A stretch of DNA of 64,000 nucleotides from Octopus vulgaris (Eukaryota): assembly GCA_951406725.2 (NCBI GenBank), contig OX597827.1:38688001-38752000 (forward strand). The letters run 5' to 3'. The notes beneath the pieces are model-generated. The model was given only the letters and a program-made list of their open reading frames with translations, was not told the DNA's origin and did no database searches. The first letter of the stretch is position 1, and the number at the start of each line of letters is the position of its first letter. Shown one piece after another: positions 26,801-33,913 of this stretch. The position numbers were made by a program, and so were the translations under genes.

Positions 26801-28026
26801 CAGAATTTGAACGCAGAACATAAAGACAGATGAAATACCACTAAGCATTTCACCCAGCATGTTAACATTTTTGCCAGCTCACTCACCTAATTTTATTAAA
26901 CATGAAAATTTATCCAATCTTTTTATTCAAATCCTAGTCAAATCAACTTTGCTTTTTGTCCCAACATTGAAGTATGAAGTAACTAACAAAATGCTATATT
27001 TAATCTATTCAAAGGTTGGCCTTTTACCAATAATTTTCACTATCTTATATTTTGCAACCATTGAAGGTATTGGAAGTGGTACAGAGTAATTATGATACTC
27101 TCACACTTAAGTTACAAGACAGTTTGGATCAGTTTGACAGATATTCAGAGAAACCAAGAGAAGCTGCTTTCTTTACTCAACTTGTGAGTATTTCATTACC
27201 AATTTCTTAACCCAGTTTCTAAATATTCTGATAGAATAACTATCGTTAACATACTAGTGTCAAGGTGATTAATAATGATAATGGTAGTGATGCTTATTCT
27301 TGCAAGCCCAAGTACATTTGATTTAGTGCTATATGATGGTTAATTAATTTAAAAAAATAAACATATATATGTTGTCTCAATTTTACTGAGGGTTTTTTTC
27401 TTTTTGTTTTTGTGCCCTTTTAAAGCCTAGCCAGGCTCATGGGCCCGGTTTCCTGGTTTCAATGGCGTATGTGTTCCCCAGCTGGATGAGACACCAGTCC
27501 ATCGCAGCATTACTCATTTTTGCCAGCTGAGTGGACTGGAGCAACGTGAAATGAAGTGTTTTGCTCAAGAACACGAAGCGTCGCCCGGTCCAGAAATTGA
27601 AACCACAATCTTATGATCATGATGCCACACGCCTCCACGAAAGTGTATTACCATTATTAAAAGATTGGAAAATAACGAGCTATGTGGTTCTATCCGCTAG
27701 AAATAGCAGCCAAATCTCCCTCAAATCTAACCCTAGAAAGAATACATTGAATAATATAGTCATAAATATACAATATCTGACACACAAAAAAAATAAGCTA
27801 GTGACGAGTTGACTACTGTTGATGATAGATGATCTGGAGAGGGTTTAAATACAATTATAAGTACACACACATGCACTCATTGACAACTCAAAAACTAACT
27901 TTGCTTAATCTCTTTTCTCAAACCTTCCAGGTCCGCTCAATCACATGTGATGTACGCAAAAGTGGAACTAACCTGGCACCAATTCAACAGGAGAACCTTC
28001 TTTACCAATATCCAATGATATCTTGA
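548..28026 (+). CDS. ARMH3: Armadillo-like helical domain-containing protein 3 (C10orf76/UPF0668) ortholog, 3' 20 exons; 5' end lies upstream of the window
   Basis: Hand-spliced GT-AG exons 548-622, 978-1064, 2078-2134, 3310-3353, 4092-4152, 10358-10404, 10706-10781, 11522-11597, 12651-12752, 13348-13406, 15012-15077, 15188-15257, 17665-17725, 19194-19282, 21707-21789, 22340-22466, 23078-23153, 24819-24897, 27067-27183, 27931-28026 total 1548 nt (515 aa + TGA) with consistent phases. Peptides [86 protein letters not shown] match human C10orf76/ARMH3 as recalled. Confidence 0.95.
978..1064 (+). CDS. ARMH3: ARMH3 exon ([29 protein letters not shown])
   Basis: tacag/GTAAGT, phase 0-0. Confidence 0.93.
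1468..1697 (+). mobile_element. tRNA-derived SINE (ggcgagctggcagaa... family) nested inside a second SINE
   Basis: Many copies in the window (e.g. 22680-22903, ~36530-36680, ~48790-49000). Flanked by a duplication of TAAGAAGTTTGCTTC (1442-1456 and 1694-1708). Confidence 0.8.
2078..2134 (+). CDS. ARMH3: ARMH3 exon ([19 protein letters not shown])
   Basis: ttcag/GTAAGT, phase 0-0. Confidence 0.93.
3310..3353 (+). CDS. ARMH3: ARMH3 exon ([15 protein letters not shown])
   Basis: tgcag/GTATAG, phase 0-2. Confidence 0.88.
4092..4152 (+). CDS. ARMH3: ARMH3 exon ([20 protein letters not shown])
   Basis: tgcag/GTAAGT, phase 2-0. Confidence 0.9.
4407..5626 (-). mobile_element. Near full-length mariner (Tc1/mariner, D,D34D) DNA transposon, decayed
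   Basis: ~30-bp imperfect TIRs (ttgaatcatcccaaaaataatgcag / ctgcattatttatgggatgaccaaa) and TA TSDs at 4405-4406 and 5627-5628. ORF 4568..5107 has [14 protein letters not shown] and SPDIAPPDY motifs; the N-terminal half is frameshifted. Confidence 0.93.
6357..8230 (+). mobile_element. hAT (Charlie/SPIN, GTF2IRD2/EPM2AIP1-like) transposase remnant with right end
   Basis: Successive broken ORFs carry [47 protein letters not shown] and YCCEQFFS motifs. The right end tggcccgctaggaaaaaaggttggacatcccta finishes at 8230; no left TIR was found. Confidence 0.88.
9014..9104. repeat. Short foldback element: 23-bp inverted arms around a 45-nt spacer
   Basis: 9014-9036 gcggaggtaaagaatacgtacac versus the reverse complement of 9082-9104, gcgaaggtaaagaatatgcacac (20/23 match). 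Confidence 0.75.
9440..9546 (-). ncRNA. SNORD13: U13/SNORD13 box C/D snoRNA copy A (antisense within ARMH3 intron 5)
   Basis: Minus-strand sequence GATCCTTCTGAGTTCAGAAGAA-ATGATGA(box C)...AACCTTGTTACGAC...CTGA(box D). The 5' GATCCTTC..GTTCA and the internal AACCTTGTTACGAC are antisense to the 18S 3' end (GTCGTAACAAGGTT...TGAAC...GAAGGATC). Layout and length match vertebrate U13. Confidence 0.9.
10358..10404 (+). CDS. ARMH3: ARMH3 exon ([16 protein letters not shown])
   Basis: tttag/GTAAAT, phase 0-2. Confidence 0.9.
10706..10781 (+). CDS. ARMH3: ARMH3 exon ([25 protein letters not shown])
   Basis: ttcag/GTTAGT, phase 2-0. Confidence 0.93.
11522..11597 (+). CDS. ARMH3: ARMH3 exon ([25 protein letters not shown])
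   Basis: actag/GTAAGT, phase 0-1; Pro/Thr-rich linker as in the human protein. Confidence 0.85.
12651..12752 (+). CDS. ARMH3: ARMH3 exon ([33 protein letters not shown])
   Basis: tgcag/GTAAAG, phase 1-1; alternative in-frame acceptor 6 nt downstream. Confidence 0.9.
12871..13240 (-). mobile_element. SINE/RTE-related repeat with (GAT)n tail and internal gtgccac/ggcac subrepeats
   Basis: The catcatcatcgtttaacgtccgctttccatgctagcatgggttgg family recurs at ~2903, 3571, 15600-16050, 43565, 45650-45940, 49200-49550, 54057 and 62773. Confidence 0.7.
13348..13406 (+). CDS. ARMH3: ARMH3 exon ([20 protein letters not shown])
   Basis: ttcag/GTAAGT, phase 1-0. Confidence 0.93.
15012..15077 (+). CDS. 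ARMH3: ARMH3 exon ([22 protein letters not shown])
   Basis: tccag/GTGAGT, phase 0-0. Confidence 0.93.
15188..15257 (+). CDS. ARMH3: ARMH3 exon ([23 protein letters not shown])
   Basis: tgtag/GTAAGT, phase 0-1. Confidence 0.93.
16290..16485 (+). mobile_element. RTE LINE extreme 3' end fragment
   Basis: LLWELKHG...[10 protein letters not shown]...EDLP motif followed by a (GAT)n tail. Confidence 0.65.
17665..17725 (+). CDS. ARMH3: ARMH3 exon ([21 protein letters not shown])
   Basis: tctag/GTAAGT, phase 1-2. Confidence 0.93.
19194..19282 (+). CDS. ARMH3: ARMH3 exon ([29 protein letters not shown])
   Basis: tccag/GTAAGG, phase 2-1. Confidence 0.94.
20069..20525 (-). mobile_element. Internally deleted mariner (non-autonomous) element
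   Basis: TIRs ttaggttgtccagaaagttttgag / ctcagaactttccagacaacctaa with TA TSDs. The minus strand encodes the transposase N-terminal remnant [31 protein letters not shown]. Confidence 0.88.
21121..21212 (-). other. Degenerate type I hammerhead ribozyme motif (Penelope-like LTR remnant)
   Basis: Minus strand reads TAAC-CTGAATA-GTGGCTATATTTA...TAAATATAGCCAC-GAAAC-ATGT-GTC-GTTA: stem I 4 bp, stem II 13 bp perfect, core with G8>U. Confidence 0.65.
21707..21789 (+). CDS. ARMH3: ARMH3 exon ([28 protein letters not shown])
   Basis: tccag/GTACAT, phase 1-0. Confidence 0.92.
22340..22466 (+). CDS. ARMH3: ARMH3 exon ([42 protein letters not shown])
   Basis: tacag/GTGAGT, phase 0-1; highly conserved segment. 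Confidence 0.95.
23078..23153 (+). CDS. ARMH3: ARMH3 exon ([26 protein letters not shown])
   Basis: accag/GTAACT, phase 1-2. Confidence 0.92.
23772..23840. repeat. (TA)n microsatellite
   Basis: Direct read; similar tracts at ~23478-23500 and 57128-57180. Confidence 0.95.
23902..23949 (-). other. Degenerate minimal hammerhead motif (Penelope-like)
   Basis: Minus strand reads GTCT-CCGTTGA-AGGGATAT-ATAAA-ATATCCCA-GAAAC-AGCT-GTA-AGAC; two core substitutions. Confidence 0.55.
24819..24897 (+). CDS. ARMH3: ARMH3 exon ([26 protein letters not shown])
   Basis: ttcag/GTAGAA, phase 2-0. Confidence 0.93.
25217..25799. mobile_element. hAT-type MITE interrupted by a tRNA-SINE (25339-25640) in a TA tract
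   Basis: TIRs cagcggttctcaac / gttgagaaccactg; internal sequence shared with 39031-39676 and 10550-10680. Confidence 0.82.
25895..26210. mobile_element. hAT-type MITE
   Basis: TIRs cagtggttctcaacca / tggttgagaacccctg; 8-bp TSD atctagaa / gtctagaa. Confidence 0.88.
27067..27183 (+). CDS. ARMH3: ARMH3 exon ([39 protein letters not shown])
   Basis: tgaag (AAG acceptor)/GTGAGT, phase 0-0. Confidence 0.92.
27931..28026 (+). CDS. ARMH3: ARMH3 terminal coding exon ([31 protein letters not shown])
   Basis: tccag acceptor; TGA at 28024-28026; C-terminus resembles human VRSIS...STIS*. Confidence 0.92.
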   Translation, partial: VRSITCDVRKSGTNLAPIQQENLLYQYPMIS

Positions 28027-28287
28027 TGCCCTCTCTTTACTCTTACTCAGCAAGCATTAACACACCTGCTATTGCCATTGTTTGTAATTAGGTGGGGAAC
28101 TATTAACAGCCAACATCTTTCCGACCAGTTATTATTGAAATTAAATTATTTATTTCTCGTTAACTTCTCTCATTATTTCAACATAATGTGGACTGCAGAT
28201 GTATATTTACAGACTTACAATGCTGTTTGTCTTTCCTTTATTTTGGTCTCACTTCTTCATCCCCTCCCCATCCCCATGTAAATTTTA

Positions 28288-28319
28288 AATAAATATGTCT
28301 ACAAATTATATGCAATAAA
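28288..28319 (+). terminator. Candidate ARMH3 polyadenylation signals (two AATAAA)
   Basis: AATAAA at 28288-28293 and 28314-28319, followed by T-rich sequence, ~270 nt after the stop codon. Confidence 0.5.
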
Positions 28320-29078
28320 TGCAATTAATTTTTTTATTGTTTTTTCATTCTTATTATTATTCATACTTTGTTGGAGATATTTGTTTTTGCTTTCTTTTAA
28401 TTTTATATTTCTTCAGGTAATGGATTGGCAAAATTATTAGAATGCCATACAAAATGCCTGGTGGAATTTTTTTTAGCTACATTCCTTTGTTGAACTAAGA
28501 CCAAATGACATAAAATAGATACCAGTCAAGTACTGGTATCAGTTATTTAAATACAAGTAAAGTTCTGGGGATTGACAGCCTAACTTCCAAAAACATATGG
28601 TCTTATGCCTGTGTTAGAAATCATTATTATAATTATTATTTTATTGTTTTGTATCTTTACCTCGTTAACTGTGCAATTAGATTTCATAGTTATTCCAGTT
28701 AAAAACTGACATTTTGTTGGTTACAACAATGAGGGTTCCAGCTGACCTAATCAACGGAACATCCTGCTTGTGAAATTAACATTAAGTGGCTGAGCACTCC
28801 ACAGACACATGTAACCTTAATGTAGTTCCCAGGGAGAATCAGCATGACACAGAATGAGATAAGGCTGGCCCTTTTAAATACAGGTACTACTCATTTTTGC
28901 CAGCTGACTGGACTGGAGCAATGTGAAATAAAGTCTTGCTCAAGAACACAACACATTGCTGGGAATTGAACTCACAACCTTATGACTGTGTGTCAGATAC
29001 CTTAACCACTAAGTCATGCACATCTACCTAAAACTAGAACTGGTATTTTCTGCATGTCTTGTTGCCTCAATAAATTAA

Positions 29079-29455
29079 CAGGAGTGGCTGTGTGATAAGT
29101 AGCTTGCTTACCAACTACATGGTTCTGGGTTCAGTCCCACTGCGTGGCACCTTGGGCAAGTGTCTTCTACTATAGTCTCGGGCCAACCAAAGCCTTATGA
29201 GTTGGTAGACGGAAACTGAAAGAAGCCTGTCGTATATATGTATATATATAAGTGTGTGTGTGTGTGTCTGTCCCCCCAACATCGCTTGACAACCGATCCT
29301 GGTGTGTTTATGTCCTCATGACTTAGCAATTCAGCAAAAGAGACTGATAGAATAAATACTAGGCTTACAAAGATTAAGTCCTGGGATTGATTTGCTCGAC
29401 TAAAGGTGGTGCTCCAGCATGGCCACAGTCAAATGACTGAAACAAGTAAAAGAGT
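29079..29455 (+). mobile_element. tRNA-derived SINE (caggagtggctgtgtggtaag... family)
   Basis: Same family as 57181-57582 and 39157-39556 (-); ends in gactgaaacaagtaaaaga. Confidence 0.85.
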
Positions 29456-30249
29456 ATATACATATATATATATATATATATATTATATATACATACATAT
29501 ATTTAATTAGCAGAAGTTAGCAAAGTGCTTCAAGAGCCGAGTTCCTTGCATGGCACAAGACTTTAGTCACTTACATAACTTCGGTAAATGATTGAAGCAA
29601 ACAAAAGAATAAAAGAATGTCTCAACAGAAAATTGTTTCAAACCTGACATTCCTCACCAAAGATTGCTGTATTGAACTGCCTTCTGCAGTTAAGGATAAT
29701 AAAATTTTGTTATCAGATACAAAATGGATGTATCTGATTTCTGCAGTGAAAGGGTTAATACATTATAACATAAGCAATTTTCTGTGCCAAGTGAAGGCAA
29801 ATGATTGAATCTATAGGGTTACCATATAGCCATTCGAAAGGCCAACAGTTTGTATCCTTATCATCATCACTGAGTTGTGTCTTTGACTAAGATGGACAAG
29901 TCTTAATGGCACAGTCTTCCTTCTTTGTACCATTAACTCAATGAATGACTTGTAGCTTTTTTCACAAGTATATACTGCTTGTGGAATTTTCAAGAGAGAA
30001 TATGAAGGTAGTCTCTCATTCCCTAGATTCAGATTGTTTTTACAAGATAATATTTTGTCATTTATAGCCATTTCTGATGCAGAGGCACAGGTTTAACTGC
30101 AATAAGAAATTTGCTTCCCAACCACATGGTTGTGGGTTTGGCAAGTGTTTTCTACTATATCCCGAGGCTATCTAAAGCCTTGTGAGAGAGTAGATTTAGT
30201 AAATGGAAACCTAAAAAAACACTATATATCCAAATATATATACATATGG

Positions 30250-31830
30250 ATAATAATAATAATAATTAATTCTTTTATTGGCCACAAGGGCTAATATAAA
30301 TCAAAACATTAAAGGACAACCCAAGACGATATACAAAAGGTTTTGCAAAAAAAACATTTGTGTAAACATTTCATAACAATGTAACAAGTAAATAAACTCC
30401 CAATAGGAGAAGGTGCTTTAAAGGTTACTCGTGGAAAAAGCCACGGGTGCCTGATCAACAGGGCAAGAGCCCTTCTTTTATATTTTTATTTTTACAGGTG
30501 TATTTTCAGAATTGGCCTATCCATACTGGCCATTTTCCCGACATCCACCCATCTTTTGACAAATTTACTTGAAGACAACACTTCCCTCTCTACCATCACT
30601 TTCTTTTGTAAGTAGAACTCTCGGAAAAATTGATGAAGCCTTGGCCAAAGAAAAAAGTCTGACTTTAGCCCTTTTAAACGGGTCCACCATACTACTTCTT
30701 TCACTACAGCCACCAGACAATGAAAATTGCCTTCCCTCCTGGTTAAAGAAGGTGGGCGGGGCAATCTTCACTATGGATTCAGCTGATAGCCAGATTTGTC
30801 CTACACACGACAGCAGCTGGTCGGCAATACTCAGGCATTGGACAAGTGTTTGGTTTGGTGAATGGTTTGGTCACTGAGTGCACCTCGGGCAGGGCCAGCT
30901 GACAGCACTAACATGCCTGTAAAGTTTATTTCAAATAGGCAGCACCCCTTGGTAGTACTGCCAGGCAAGGGATATCCGGAAGCTATTTATAGGTCCCAGC
31001 CCAAAAGTTCTCACAAACAGACTGGTTAGTTGATAATCGTCAACACTTAGAGTTTCCCTGAGAACGTCACCACACTTTTCCTCCACTAACCCTCTATAGA
31101 ACGCTAGAGTGGAACTACTACTGATCGCATTGCCCCCCCGGGCGGAAGGTGAGTGCTTGACAGCTCTCAAGGTGCCAAATGCCCTTTCCCAGTCTACGCT
31201 TGATCCAAGATTGCAGCTCAGTCAAAAAGGCAAGCTGTGGAAATGCAAGTCTGACACACCTGCTCACTGCCAGGAAATGCTTGAGATGCCATAGCCTGAG
31301 TGCATGTCTACGCATCAGCAACAATGGCATGCCAAGGCCTCCATTCAGCTGATGGAGAGCCTGACCAGTGGAACCTACCTCTTCCACAGAAAGTGGAAGA
31401 GTAAGTGCACCAGTTTGGTCAACCAGCAGTTGGGACAAAGGACAATGGTCAAGCAGTAATAGATGACAGATACAATGTATGTGTTCACCACCTTGGCTCA
31501 ACCTTTCAGGGATAGAAAGACGTTCCCAGGAAAACCTCCAGACGCTTGAAGTAATCCAACCGCCCTGCCCCTGTCAGAGTATAGGCAGCCACCAGTCTGA
31601 AGGCACCACCATCGTTGCTGTTCATATCCAGAACCACCAGCTTACCTTCTGGATCCAGAAAGATTGTCTTCATTTTCAGATCCAGGCCTTTCCAGAAAAG
31701 CACCACCTCCTCCTCCCGGCCAAGATAGAAAAATTCCTTATCCATCAAAAAGAGTTGTGAGGTCCCGTAGGTCAGAAAGCCTTGTTTCACTATTGGCTAC
31801 TACATCCACACTGAAAGACCTCAGGTCATG
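30250..31830 (-). mobile_element. L1/Tx1-clade LINE remnant: endonuclease plus ORF2 C-terminus and 3' UTR/tail, RT apparently deleted
   Basis: ORF 31506..31790 has the APE-like DPEGKLVVLD...FRLVAAY; ORF 30492..30764 resembles the Tx1 ORF2 C-terminus; the minus strand ends aataaaag...(ATT)n near 30250. Confidence 0.7.
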
Positions 31831-32188
31831 TAAATAAGTAACATCCTTGTTACTTATTTACATTCTGTTCACCTAACTTGGAGCTGTGCAAACTATACTG
31901 AATTGGCAAGGTGCCTCAATTGAAGTACCTAATTCAACTGAATCTTAATTATGTTTTATATATGTGTATATATATATTGATCAATCGATTGATTATGATA
32001 CTGAGAATTCATTTGTGACATTTTTAATAAATTAAATTATTTTGTTTAAACTTCTAAGTATTCTGTGTTTAATATAAAAATTAAAATGAGGAAGAAAAAA
32101 TATGTGTAATAAGGCAAATTAATTTCCCTACGTAAAATTTCCATAACGGATGTACAAATGTAGTGTGTAGATTTTTTTTTCCTTTTTT

Positions 32189-32296
32189 GATCCTTCTGAG
32201 TTCAGAAGATATGATGAATTGGATAATCACGTACTTATACGTGAGACATGTCACCGTCACCTTGTTACGACTTATATGGCATGACATCTTGTCTGA
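32189..32296 (+). ncRNA. SNORD13: U13/SNORD13 box C/D snoRNA copy B (intergenic, between ARMH3 and BRD8)
   Basis: 5' guide GATCCTTCTGAGTTCA (32189-32204), box C ATGATGA (32211-32217), guide ACCTTGTTACGACTT (32259-32273, 15-nt complement of 18S AAGTCGTAACAAGGT), box D CTGA (32293-32296). Confidence 0.92.
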
Positions 32297-33589
32297 TTCT
32301 CAAAATATTCAAGAAGGATCAGAACCTTTACTTGATATTAAAAAAAAAAACCCCAAAACAGAACGAAAGGAGGGAATATTTTCGATAATTTAGACCCAGA
32401 TAAATAAGATTGGGAACCTCACGGTCTTAGTGTACTGTTGGTTATAGGTCTGCTAAATTGTAACTTGAACATGTCTTAACAATCTGCTTAAATACTTATC
32501 ACGAGCTAAGGAAGGATTATTTACGTGGTCGTCTGTTCTATAAAAAAAATGAAAGAAGCAGTCAAATATCCCTTCTGAAACCTAAACCCTGCTATACTTA
32601 AAAAGGGAAAGTAAAAATAGTATGCTATAGTATATATATATAGTATCTTATATGCCGATATATATATATTTAATTCTTTAATCAGAAATAAGAAGCCATA
32701 AGAAATATTAGCTTACTTTTCCATTCGAATATATATGGTTATTTTACTGTCGAAGCGATAACACTTTCTTTCTCATTCCCAAACGAAGTGCATCTCATGG
32801 TAAATTAAACTTATCGCGTTCATTCCTGTATGTGAAATACTTAAATATTTCACGCTTTTCGGTCACAACGCCTAACTAATATTTGAATAGTTATAAAAGA
32901 AAAAATTTGGAGGACATAATAGACGTTAACGCTTCACAGTGTGAATCCAAGACTAGGTCATCATCGAACCGACAATGTTGAAACGGACAATAAAATATTC
33001 AGATAGACTTGAAGTCTTAGTTCTAACATGAGACCTTTTCTGTATTCGAATGATGGAAAAAATATAATTTTATTGCAACTAAATTAATAATTAGAAAGAT
33101 CCGAAAGTATGTGCTAAGATTTGAATGTAAATGGTATAAGGGATCTTAGTTAACTAGAAATTGGGTTGAATTCTGTCTGTCTAAAGGAAAAGATCCGGTA
33201 TAAGATCTCAAGAAGCACCAATATGAGCTGGCATTCGAGAAGCTGCAGTTCAAGTCCATATTACATTTTTCTCTTTCGAATTGATATAATGTCTAATATT
33301 TTTATTAATAATAACTGAAAATCTAATTTATCACAAATGTTAACTTTAAAAAATATTATCAATTATCTTTTACTGGTACTATTCGTATATACCTTAAATT
33401 TTTTTTAGTCACTCACAAATTTTAATAATATATATTATCATTTATTAAAACACTTTGTTTCGTTTAATTCTATAATTTTGATGTCAAAGCTGGATATCGA
33501 GAAGACTATAAGAATGGACTTTTATGTGCAAGAGCTACAATGAAACCAAAAGGTGTACGTAATTCAAATTGGGTGGAAGAAAAGAGGGA

Positions 33590-33900
33590 GTGGAAGTGAA
33601 AGTATGAATATGGCGGCTACCAGCTCTGTACAACCGCCATATTAACAATTACCGGTTGTCACGTGACAAACACACTCCACTCGACTATACTGGGGAAACA
33701 ATCAGATCCCTTACACGATTAAAGCCTAAGAACGGTCGCGATCAAAACGGAAATAGAAACGCATCGCTCCTTCCTAAGTCGTTTAAAACAAAACACATAC
33801 TTGCACAAACAAAACCGAATTTGTTTGTTTTACATGCTTAATTAAAGTGATCGTGCGACTAGAACATTTCCATTCGGCTCGCAGACCCGAGTGTAACATG
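33590..33900 (+). promoter_or_regulatory. BRD8 promoter / 5' region, CpG-retaining, with ETS, paired YY1-like and E-box motifs
   Basis: GGAAGTG ~33592; AATATGGCGG 33607-33616 and its inverse CCGCCATATT 33634-33643; 14-bp palindrome TTGTCACGTGACAA 33656-33669; locally high CpG upstream of the ATG at 33898. Confidence 0.65.
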
Positions 33901-33913
33901 GCTACCGCTCCTA
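33898..33913 (+). CDS. BRD8: BRD8 coding exon 1 (MATAP)
   Basis: aacATGg Kozak context; GTGAGT donor; phase 1 joins exon 2 to give MATAPKHK (human MATGTGKHK). Confidence 0.8.

Noticed and set aside
32259-32273. 18S/16S-like sequence AAGTCGTAACAAGGT suggesting an rRNA fragment or NUMT
   Set aside because: Only two short blocks match rRNA, and they sit within a box C/D framework. These are snoRNA guide elements, not rDNA.
32081-32287. 68-aa minus-strand ORF (MSCHISRNK...) with an apparent paralog peptide on the + strand at ~9454-9552 ([32 protein letters not shown])
   Set aside because: The similarity is simply the antisense reading of the two U13 genes. Indels break the frame between copies and the substitutions conserve RNA pairing, not codons.
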